Virus record (IMG/VR): IMGVR_UViG_3300017991_000120 | Location: 1 to 59,822 of that record | Length of the DNA: 59,822 bases | From: a virus | Lineage: Duplodnaviria; Caudoviricetes | Strand: one strand, 5' to 3' | Shown here: one piece after another, positions 39,499 to 46,972 of the stretch | Layout: the number at the start of each line of letters is the position of its first letter | Numbering within the stretch: position 1 is the stretch's first letter | Position numbers and translations under genes: made by a program | The notes under the pieces: model-generated | Told to the model about the DNA's origin: nothing | What the model saw: the letters and a program-made list of their open reading frames with translations, nothing else | The model's database searches: none

Positions 39499-39737
39499 AA
39501 AGTATCAAGGCGTGGGCGTTGTTATAGCGTTCGGAGGTTCGAATCCTTCCGTCCCCCCAATTTTTTTCTACGTCAACCCTTCGGGGTCTATCGACCGTCC
39601 AACAGAAAAAAATAGGGGTCGCCGGTTCCCCTGAAACCGGCATTTAACATGGGGGACGTACCCAAGTGGACAAGGGACTGTTTTTAGGAAACAGCAATAG
39701 CATAAAATCGCAACGGCAAAATTCTTGATACTTTTTT
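39499..39737 (+). ncRNA. RNA cassette 2: circularly permuted tRNA-Leu(TAG)-like RNA
   Basis: The 3' half (GGAGG-TTCGAAT-CCTTC-CGTCCCC, 39533-39556) precedes the 5' half (GGGGACG-TA-CCC-AAGTGGACAA-GGG-A-CTGTT-TTTAGGA-AACAG, 39652-39694). Enclosed by AAAGTATCAAG/CTTGATACTTT and CGTTGT/GCAACG. Confidence 0.8.
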
Positions 39738-39745
39738 AAAGACAT

Positions 39746-39901
39746 AAAGCGACGAAAGCGTCACGGTTGTTATAGGTAAGGTTAGAACATTGGTCTCGTA
39801 AACCAAGGGTCGCCGGTTCAACTCCGGTCCACAGACTTCGGTCTGAGGTAGTTCAGTAATAAACTAAAAAACAACCTAAGATTTTTCGGCGCTTTTTTTT
39901 T
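39746..39901 (+). ncRNA. RNA cassette 3: circularly permuted tRNA-Thr(CGT)-like RNA
   Basis: GGTTA-GAAC-A-TTGGT-CTCGTAA-ACCAA-GGGTC-GCCGG-TTCAACT-CCGGT-CCACAGA-c-TTCG-g-TCTGAGG-TA-GTTC-AGT. Enclosed by GGTTGTT/AACAACC and AAAGCG/CGCTTT; long T run follows. Confidence 0.8.
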
Positions 39902-39946
39902 GCCCATAAATAATTGGAACCGCAACATTAATTCACGGAGGTACAA

Positions 39947-41488
39947 ATGAAGGATTTCTTGGAACTCGTCGATTTTGACCAAATGCCTGATTTGTCGAAC
40001 TTCGTTAATTCCTTGCAAAGCATAGCGAGAGCGACGCACCACGAGGATAAAGATGAAGTCGAACAGGCGTTGATTAAACGTCACCAAGAAATGTTCCTTG
40101 CCGACCGAGGCGTCTATACCTTGCTTTTGAGTTTGGCGGGATCAGAAAACCACATCACCACAGGCGTTGGGCTTTTATTCGGTCTACCGGATGAGGGCTT
40201 GAATATGCCAAAGTCTTTGGAGACGTTGATCATCAAGGACTTGCTTAAACGTGTAAAAATCACTCAACTCCTACGGTTTTATGTGGACTTGGCCGATGCC
40301 AAAATTAATAACAACCGCGCGCGAAAAGTGATACTCCGCTCGTTTTTTGATGCTGAGGAAAAAGACTTGACGTGGTGGGCTGTTAAGTACAAAACCAAAC
40401 TTCGCTATATCATGAACCACTTTGTGGGAAATGATCAGATTGGCTATGTTATTTCCATTGCCAAACGGTATGCAACGGAAAGAATGTGTCTCCCCGATGA
40501 TTGGGCAAAGGTTGCACGGTTGCTCTTTATGTCCAAAGAGATCCAAGGGTGGCACTTGGAAACCATCGCATTTATCAACAATGTCAATGGCGTTTATTCT
40601 TCACCACTGTTCCGTGCCTTTCAGGAAGCCAAGCGAGATATTACCAAAGGCGCATCATTGCCGCCGGAGGTATTGGAAGGTATTCGATCCGTTTACCATC
40701 CAAGCGTTCCACATGCCGAGGTTTTAAAGTTGACAGCAAAATCGGCCACAAAACAGCAAACAGTTCGCAAGCAACGGGAATATGAAAAGGCTGGTGTAAA
40801 GGTTGATGCCAATTGGGATTCGATGGCGATGCATGAATTGATCAAAATTGTTTACGAATGGCATAAAGACAAAAAACCACTGCCCGAAGATATTATGACC
40901 GTGCTCCACAACAAGGCAAAAAAAGTTGGTGGTGAGCTTAGCTTCCAAGCTATAAAGGCCGGTATTTTAGTAGACAATTCGTTTAGTGGAAGCGGTGATC
41001 AAGAGACCGCTTTGAACGATCCTATTTCAAAAATACTGTCCTTGCGGTATGCGTTGCAGGAATATTTCCACCAACAAGAAATACCTTTTGTCACGGAGTT
41101 TGTCACACAAGGTCGAAACAATTATGGTCTGCCTGTTGTCGCAGGAGAAACCGATTTGGCAACACCGTTTATTGATTTGGTCTATGAGGATTGTGATGTC
41201 ATTTATGTATTGTCCGATGGACGTGACAATGCTCCTGCAGGACGGCTCCAAGAGGTTATTGGACAGTTAAGGTTAATCAAAAAACTGCCTACTGTTTACC
41301 ATTTCAATCCTGTTACCGGTGGAGAGTCGATTGTTAAGTTGGATAAGGATATTCCTACCGTTGGCTATGCCAAAGCCGAAGGTTTTCAACGGACTGTCTT
41401 TGCAAGTATTTTGGTCGCTGAACCAAAAACAGCATTGGCACAGATTCTCAACGATTACAAGTTATTGGCAGAAAGGAGTTCCAAGTGA
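39947..41488 (+). CDS. alpha-helical + vWA (MIDAS) domain protein, Ro60/TROVE-like architecture
   Basis: C-terminal vWA MIDAS residues LVDNSFS, GETDL, VLSDG; long basic helical N-terminal region (NNNRARKVI, WWAVKYKTKL, LPPEVLEGIRS). TROVE relationship inferred from architecture only. Confidence 0.7.
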   Translation: MKDFLELVDFDQMPDLSNFVNSLQSIARATHHEDKDEVEQALIKRHQEMFLADRGVYTLLLSLAGSENHITTGVGLLFGLPDEGLNMPKSLETLIIKDLLKRVKITQLLRFYVDLADAKINNNRARKVILRSFFDAEEKDLTWWAVKYKTKLRYIMNHFVGNDQIGYVISIAKRYATERMCLPDDWAKVARLLFMSKEIQGWHLETIAFINNVNGVYSSPLFRAFQEAKRDITKGASLPPEVLEGIRSVYHPSVPHAEVLKLTAKSATKQQTVRKQREYEKAGVKVDANWDSMAMHELIKIVYEWHKDKKPLPEDIMTVLHNKAKKVGGELSFQAIKAGILVDNSFSGSGDQETALNDPISKILSLRYALQEYFHQQEIPFVTEFVTQGRNNYGLPVVAGETDLATPFIDLVYEDCDVIYVLSDGRDNAPAGRLQEVIGQLRLIKKLPTVYHFNPVTGGESIVKLDKDIPTVGYAKAEGFQRTVFASILVAEPKTALAQILNDYKLLAERSSK

Positions 41489-42504
41489 CTGAATTAAAAC
41501 GTTTTTTCCAAGATTTGACGCTTGGCCGACCTCAAAATGTTGGCCCAATAACAGTCGTCCCGTTGATCTCGGATCAACACTTTTCGTTCCAAAAACCACG
41601 TCACGAGGATGTGAGCAATAGAGGCTATGGAAATTTGATGTTCAAAAATAGCACTCCTGATCCTGTTTTGGTTCCTGCTCACACGGTTTACATGACAAAG
41701 CGACAAAGCCAAGACCATGCGACAATGGAGGGCTTGATTGTTAAAAAAGGTGAGACGTTGGATTATTGTAAGGCAACGTGCGTCCAGCAATCAACTGGTG
41801 GAATGATGACCGGAAGCCAAGAAAAGGTTGAAACAACTTTGCCAATTATTTTGCGCGAACGTGCATTTAACAAACGCGAAAACACCGGAGATTCAACAGG
41901 GTACGGACGCCTTTGGAATGACATCACCTCGTATAATGCGGGGTATGGAATCCGTGGTTCCGGTGGCGGCCATTACGAATATTTCTATGACGCCTTTGAG
42001 AAAACGATGGATGAATTCGTCGCTGAATTTGAGCTTGTTTATAATCAAGTGGGATTCATTGTTTTTGCCAAAAATATTGTTTATGGCATTGAGCGGTTTC
42101 CATCACCCGGATATTTGAAAAGTTATTACCGCTCACTGATCAAAGGATGTTATGGCGCGGCTATCATAGACCTTTTGCGCCAAGCCGACGAATTGCAGTT
42201 AAAAGGAACAATCAACGTTCCTGTCAATATGTCGGGAAGTGTCCGCGAATTAAAGCGCAACCTTGCACGAGCCAATGAACGTTTCGATGGGCGTGTAAAG
42301 GATGTCGTTACGGAATTAATTTTTGGAGATCGAGGAAAATTTGAGAAGTCAGCACAAGGGCATCAGACGGATTTTATGCTGTTTGAAAATGACTTCTTTG
42401 TTGGCAATGTCCTCGTCCAAGCGGACGGTTATCCATACTTTACTTTCGTCGCACGTGAGGCTCAATTGAAAGGTGTACGTGCAGGGAGAGAATTCAAAAT
42501 TTAG
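41485..42504 (+). CDS. ARPP-1/DUF6569-like protein
   Basis: 'GRPQNVGPITVVPL', 'QSQDHA', 'ATCVQQSTGG', 'RLWNDI', 'QVGFIVF..GIERFPS' resemble the DUF6569 pattern; GTGA coupling to the vWA gene. Confidence 0.6.
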   Translation: MTELKRFFQDLTLGRPQNVGPITVVPLISDQHFSFQKPRHEDVSNRGYGNLMFKNSTPDPVLVPAHTVYMTKRQSQDHATMEGLIVKKGETLDYCKATCVQQSTGGMMTGSQEKVETTLPIILRERAFNKRENTGDSTGYGRLWNDITSYNAGYGIRGSGGGHYEYFYDAFEKTMDEFVAEFELVYNQVGFIVFAKNIVYGIERFPSPGYLKSYYRSLIKGCYGAAIIDLLRQADELQLKGTINVPVNMSGSVRELKRNLARANERFDGRVKDVVTELIFGDRGKFEKSAQGHQTDFMLFENDFFVGNVLVQADGYPYFTFVAREAQLKGVRAGREFKI

Positions 42505-42628
42505 TTGACTTCTATGAATTCTTTACCTACCTTTTGTTACCGCGTTGCGGTTCCCTCTTTGGGTGGCATTGGTCAGGCAAAGCCTATGCCGCCCTATTTT
42601 GATAGGGAAGTCGCACCTTCTTTCTGCT

Positions 42629-42658
42629 GGCTTTGGAGCAATCCAAAGCCTTTTTTTT
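42629..42658 (+). terminator. intrinsic terminator closing the vWA operon
   Basis: GGCTTTGGA-GCAA-TCCAAAGCC followed by T8. Confidence 0.85.
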
Positions 42659-42713
42659 GCCCAAGTCCCACTACAAAAAAAGTAAAAAAAAACAAAAAAA
42701 TGCAAAATTTTTC

Positions 42714-42742
42714 TTGCTATTTACGTATATACACTGTATATT
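42714..42742 (+). promoter_or_regulatory. repeated early-type promoter, copy 4
   Basis: TTGCTA-tttacGTATATACactg-TATATT, with A tracts upstream. Confidence 0.75.
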
Positions 42743-42780
42743 GAAATAGTTAAAGAAAGCAAATTTAGAGGAGATGAAAG

Positions 42781-43125
42781 ATGCATGAAAAAAAATATGA
42801 AACGATACAGTCCGAAAAGACAATGAAGTCGATGTATTGTGGCAGATGTGGCGAGATTATTTTAATCCGATCCGATTGGGATTTCGAAGATATTGCAAAG
42901 GCAGCCCAAGAACAATGCGAAACAGAATGTGATCATTATTTCTTGTTCAAAACGTTTCCTGAAATCAAGCGCGAAATCCGCTGTGAAATAAAACGCAATA
43001 CAGTCAACACCGACGTTCGTCAACTTCCTGAAAATCATTTCAGAGATTTACTTGTAAGTTTGCATAAAATGCCACTCGAAGATTTAGTCGAATACGGCCA
43101 CAACCTAAACAAACGTTCTAACTGA
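42781..43125 (+). CDS. hypothetical protein (CxxC)
   Basis: GAGGAG SD. Confidence 0.6.
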   Translation: MHEKKYETIQSEKTMKSMYCGRCGEIILIRSDWDFEDIAKAAQEQCETECDHYFLFKTFPEIKREIRCEIKRNTVNTDVRQLPENHFRDLLVSLHKMPLEDLVEYGHNLNKRSN

Positions 43126-43136
43126 GGAGACCTAAA

Positions 43137-43382
43137 ATGTCAGCATCAAAACAAAATCAAACCGAAGAAGATGGCCGCTGTTTTTCAGCATATTACGGCG
43201 ACGACGATTTCGAAGAAGAAGCCGAATTCGATTTTGAGACTGAGGATTTTTGGGAAGCCTTCGAAAACGGTCGAATTGGTGTTAACCCAACGTCCTGCAA
43301 GTTTGGTGAAAGCGCAGATATTTTCGATGTATACGAACAAGTAAAGTTCGACGAAAACATTCACAGTCAATTAAATTTTTAA
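43137..43382 (+). CDS. small highly acidic protein
   Basis: GAGGAG SD; D/E- and F-rich. Confidence 0.6.
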   Translation: MSASKQNQTEEDGRCFSAYYGDDDFEEEAEFDFETEDFWEAFENGRIGVNPTSCKFGESADIFDVYEQVKFDENIHSQLNF

Positions 43383-43499
43383 GAGGCCCAACCGGATTTG
43401 ACGTGGGGTGGATCGGAAGTTGACGCTCATTTACCACAGTAAAAAACAACGGTGCCCGCACGAGGTGGGCACCATTAATCCTATATAGGAGATATTATT

Positions 43500-44153
43500 A
43501 TGAACGACGATGGAATGGAATTCAACATGTCTGCAATGCTCGGAATTGGTGGTGGCCGCCCATGTGGTCTCGGTGCACTTCTTTCGGGTCTGTCCTCAAC
43601 GCAGGAACCGCACGATGCAAATGATACGCTGAATGACATTGCCGCATCTATTGTTGGCGATGTTCGTGAACACAACTGGATTGATTTGGATGTTGCCTTG
43701 GAGGAGTTTCAACTTTTTGTAAAGTCCAACAAAAAGACTTGGAACAGCTTTTCGCATCGTGACAAAATCCACTTCATATTCAAATATCTGCAACGCGCAG
43801 GAGTCCTTGTCAAGGAGGATTTTATGTGTTGTCAAGAATGTAGTCACTATGCCATTCTGAAACAGATGATAATGCAAAAACGCCATCCTTTGAAAACAAC
43901 GATTATCTACTATACCCATCCGTCCGCGAATGAAGCGTTTGACTTCAACGGCAACATTGACACGCCGGAAGGTTTGCGAATGGCGCATCATTTCGGTGAA
44001 GACAACGACGACATTAAGGATCAAGTTTTCAAATTTTTCGAAGCCGCCGGAGTTGAGGCAACATGGGCAGGACATAACCATGTGATGTTTGTTGAAAACA
44101 GTTCATCACTGGAAGAAATCCTCAACAATGACAATGACGAAGAATCCAAATAG
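43500..44153 (+). CDS. hypothetical protein (DUF6891-like)
   Basis: 'LQRAGVLVKEDFMCCQEC...IYYTH' pattern. Confidence 0.55.
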   Translation: MNDDGMEFNMSAMLGIGGGRPCGLGALLSGLSSTQEPHDANDTLNDIAASIVGDVREHNWIDLDVALEEFQLFVKSNKKTWNSFSHRDKIHFIFKYLQRAGVLVKEDFMCCQECSHYAILKQMIMQKRHPLKTTIIYYTHPSANEAFDFNGNIDTPEGLRMAHHFGEDNDDIKDQVFKFFEAAGVEATWAGHNHVMFVENSSSLEEILNNDNDEESK

Positions 44154-44218
44154 TTGAACCGCAACCGGCCTCGCCAAGGGGTCGGTTTACTTTAATTTTA
44201 GCAGAAAGGAAACGCGAA

Positions 44219-45049
44219 ATGTTAGAAAAAGTTGATCCCGTTGAAGTCATTATGCACAAAGCCTTATCAAACGATGAGATCATTCAACGTGCGCCAAGCG
44301 TACTCACACGCGAGGGAATGCCGGAAAAGACCCATAGTGCCTACGTCAATGTTTCTACAATGGATGTGATTGAAGTTATGCGTAACCAAGGATGGATTCC
44401 AACACTTGCTGGACAGCAAAAAGTCCGCGTTGGTGAACGTTCGGGCTATCAAAAACACATCGTAAAATTGTCCAATCCCAATCTTGTAATTGGCCCCGAT
44501 CACCTTCAAGCTATCATAACCAACTCCCACGACGGAGGGTCGGCCTACAAATTCGATCTTGGAATTTATCGCTTTGTCTGTTCAAATGGAATGATTGTTG
44601 GAAACACCTTTGAAAGTATCAATATTCGTCACATTGCAATTTCAACAGATGAGGTCCTGCAGGCCAGTCAGTCCATGTTGGACTTTGCTCCACAAGTCGC
44701 TAATCAAATTGAATCGATGAAGTCCACACGCATGACATCACCAATGAATCGCGCCTTTGCTCGTGCGTCTATGCTTTTGGTGTATGGAGAGGATGGTGAT
44801 GGTGGACGTTGGCCTTTTGATCCCGGCGAACTTCTCCGTATTCGTCACGAGGAGGACAGGAAAGATCATTCACTTTGGACATCATATAATGCCGTTCAGG
44901 AAAACATCATGAAAGGCGGTATTGAATACAAAACAGAAAAAGGACGTGCAATGAAAACGCGCCCTGTCAAAGCCATTGATCGTCACGTGAACCTTAATAA
45001 AGCCCTTCACTCCCTTGCAACGGAAATGGCTGAATTAGCCGCTAAATAA
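44219..45049 (+). CDS. DUF932/DUF945-family protein
   Basis: 'NSHDGGSAYKFDLGIYRFVCSNGMIVG', 'LWTSYNAVQENIMKGG', 'LNKALHSLA'. Confidence 0.88.
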   Translation: MLEKVDPVEVIMHKALSNDEIIQRAPSVLTREGMPEKTHSAYVNVSTMDVIEVMRNQGWIPTLAGQQKVRVGERSGYQKHIVKLSNPNLVIGPDHLQAIITNSHDGGSAYKFDLGIYRFVCSNGMIVGNTFESINIRHIAISTDEVLQASQSMLDFAPQVANQIESMKSTRMTSPMNRAFARASMLLVYGEDGDGGRWPFDPGELLRIRHEEDRKDHSLWTSYNAVQENIMKGGIEYKTEKGRAMKTRPVKAIDRHVNLNKALHSLATEMAELAAK

Positions 45050-45105
45050 CACTTCTGTTGATGGCCCCGCTATCCGGCGGGGCTTCTTTATGACCAAAAA
45101 ACTTC

Positions 45106-45134
45106 TTGTAATTTTTAAAAAATGTTTGTAAACT
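45106..45134 (+). promoter_or_regulatory. sigma70-type promoter upstream of tRNA-Lys
   Basis: TTGTAA-17 nt-TAAACT preceded by AAAAAACTTC. Confidence 0.55.
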
Positions 45135-45152
45135 GTAGTCAAGAAATTTTTA

Positions 45153-45226
45153 GGAACCGTGGCAGAGATGGTCAATGCACCGGACTTTTAATCCGGGTTT
45201 TTTGGGTTCGAGTCCCAACGGTTCCA
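45153..45226 (+). tRNA. tRNA-Lys(TTT)
   Basis: GGAACCG/CGGTTCC acceptor, GCA/TGC D stem, CCGGA-CTTTTAA-TCCGG, TTGGG-TTCGAGT-CCCAA. Confidence 0.9.
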
Positions 45227-45257
45227 CGCGTCCAATATTACCTTTTAAGGAGGCAAT

Positions 45258-45488
45258 ATGTCTTACGTTGATCAAAAGGCCAAGCCAGTCATGGTATCGG
45301 CCAAAACACACCTTTTCCTACTTGCTATGGCAAAAGAGGAAGGCAGGGCCATTGGCGCGATGTGCGAAAAGTTTCTCGTCAACCATATTGAGGACTTTTT
45401 GAAAGAAAATCACATCTCGGACAATACATGGGAAAAGGTTGCACGACGTCTTAAACTTCCAATCGAAGAAGTTAAAACGGAGTGGTAA
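45258..45488 (+). CDS. small putative DNA-binding (RHH-like) protein
   Basis: AAGGAGG SD; 'KPVMVSAKTHLFLLAMAKEEGRAIGAMCEKFL'. Confidence 0.55.
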   Translation: MSYVDQKAKPVMVSAKTHLFLLAMAKEEGRAIGAMCEKFLVNHIEDFLKENHISDNTWEKVARRLKLPIEEVKTEW

Positions 45489-45511
45489 TCACATAACAGA
45501 AAGGAATACCT

Positions 45512-46177
45512 ATGGGAACTGAAAACGCGGTTGCTTTGCCAGCAGACGTTCAACAATTTTGGGTTGACGTCAAGCATAGTGAAAAGCAAATTACGGACAT
45601 CACTGTTACGGCAGAAAATAAGGGTGATGTCAACGACTTTGTCGTAGCCCTCAAAAAAATCCGCACAAAAATCAATGCCGCCAAAGTCGGGGTGGGAAAA
45701 CCATTTGACGAACAAAAACGAGAAGCTCAAAAGCCTTACAAGGATTTATTTGACAAGGTTGAGGAGATTATCAAACTCGGTGAAGGCAAGGTAACAGAAT
45801 TCATCAAAGAGGAACGGCGTTTAGAAGCGGAGCGGCTCCTTGAACAGAAACAGCAGGCATCAAAATCATTAGAGGAACAAAAACTTGAAGCCATTGAAAA
45901 CAATGATTTTGAAACCGCCCAAAAAATTGAGGGCATGATTCAACGTCCACAAGCTCCGTCGGTTCCTCAAACGAGGGTTAGGACGTCAAACAGTACCACA
46001 GCCGAAAAGAAAGTGGTCACCATTATTTCGGTTGATTTAAACAAAGTTCCTGACAAGTATATCAAAAAGAGTTTGGATGAAGCTGTTGCCAAAAGAGATT
46101 TGGCCGCAGGTCTTACCATTCCCGGTATTCAAGCGTCAGTGGACACTCAATTTTCAGCACGAGCAAGGAGGTCTTGA
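45512..46177 (+). CDS. coiled-coil recombination-region protein (Gam/Gp157-like)
   Basis: Coiled coil plus C-terminal 'DLNKVPDKYI...IPGI' motif. Confidence 0.55.
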   Translation: MGTENAVALPADVQQFWVDVKHSEKQITDITVTAENKGDVNDFVVALKKIRTKINAAKVGVGKPFDEQKREAQKPYKDLFDKVEEIIKLGEGKVTEFIKEERRLEAERLLEQKQQASKSLEEQKLEAIENNDFETAQKIEGMIQRPQAPSVPQTRVRTSNSTTAEKKVVTIISVDLNKVPDKYIKKSLDEAVAKRDLAAGLTIPGIQASVDTQFSARARRS

Positions 46178-46971
46178 TGAAAATAGAACACCTAAGTCCA
46201 TCATCATTTAATATGATGATCAGGTGTGGTATGCAGTGGTTTTTCCGTTATGTTGAAGGATTAAAACGACCGCCCGGCGTGGCACTGGTCATTGGTACTG
46301 GCGTTGACAAGGGCGTCAATCTTAACATGGAACAAAAAATGGAAACGGGAAACCTTGCGGAACTGGCTGAGGTAAAGCAAAAGACCTTTGAAACGGTTGT
46401 CAACACTTTTGAGATGTCAGAGATTGCACTTGATGACGATGAAAAGAAAAAAGGTATGCAAAAAGTAAAGGACGAAGCTGCCGACATGGCTGTATCTTTG
46501 TCAGCCGTTCACTATCAAAAGGCCGCCCCTAAAATCTTTCCGGTTGCCGTCCAAGAACGTTGGGAGCTTGAAGTCGACGGTTATCCATTTGAAACATTGA
46601 TGGGCATTATTGACATCTCTGAAACCAACGTTGTCCGTGATACCAAAACAACAAAGCGGAGTCCATCGGGAGGCGAGGCTGATAAGTCCGATCAATTAAA
46701 CTTCTATGCCTATTATAAAAAAGTGGCTGAGGATAAAAATGTGGAAACCGTTCTTGATTTTCTTGTGAAATTGAAAACGAATCCTAAATTTGTACCAGTC
46801 TATACAAGTCGTCCACACACGGATGAGGACTTTAATCGTCTTTGGGAAAAAATTGACGCGGTGTCACTCGCCATCGAAAAAGAAGTTTTTCTCCCAACAT
46901 TGCCAGACAATTGGTGGTGCTCTCCAAAGTGGTGTGGTTACTATGATGTCTGTAAATTTGCAAGGAGGTAA
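46174..46971 (+). CDS. PD-(D/E)XK RecB/Cas4-like exonuclease
   Basis: HLSPSS..RCG, GIIDI..VRDTKT, QLNFY, C-terminal CSPKWCGYYDVC. Confidence 0.85.
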   Translation: MMKIEHLSPSSFNMMIRCGMQWFFRYVEGLKRPPGVALVIGTGVDKGVNLNMEQKMETGNLAELAEVKQKTFETVVNTFEMSEIALDDDEKKKGMQKVKDEAADMAVSLSAVHYQKAAPKIFPVAVQERWELEVDGYPFETLMGIIDISETNVVRDTKTTKRSPSGGEADKSDQLNFYAYYKKVAEDKNVETVLDFLVKLKTNPKFVPVYTSRPHTDEDFNRLWEKIDAVSLAIEKEVFLPTLPDNWWCSPKWCGYYDVCKFARR

Positions 46972-46972
46972 G

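Noticed and set aside
39499-39901. Reading the permuted tRNAs as ordinary or intron-containing tRNA genes, or as an attP tRNA fragment
   Set aside because: The halves are in reversed order and enclosed by conserved stems; no integrase was recognised; the junction is not a canonical bulge-helix-bulge.
39407-39901. CRISPR-like array
   Set aside because: Only three short, degenerate, bipartite repeats with very unequal inserts; no cas genes.
39279-40087. Short ORFs (39279-39470, 39421-39615, 39428-39643, 39818-40087) over the RNA cassettes
   Set aside because: No SD, low-complexity translations; the region is better explained by RNA structure.
45175-45402. 75-aa ORF overlapping tRNA-Lys
   Set aside because: It starts inside the tRNA; the SD-led ORF at 45258 is the plausible gene.
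46174-46971. Cas4 as evidence of a CRISPR system
   Set aside because: Context next to an annealing-like protein indicates a phage recombination exonuclease.
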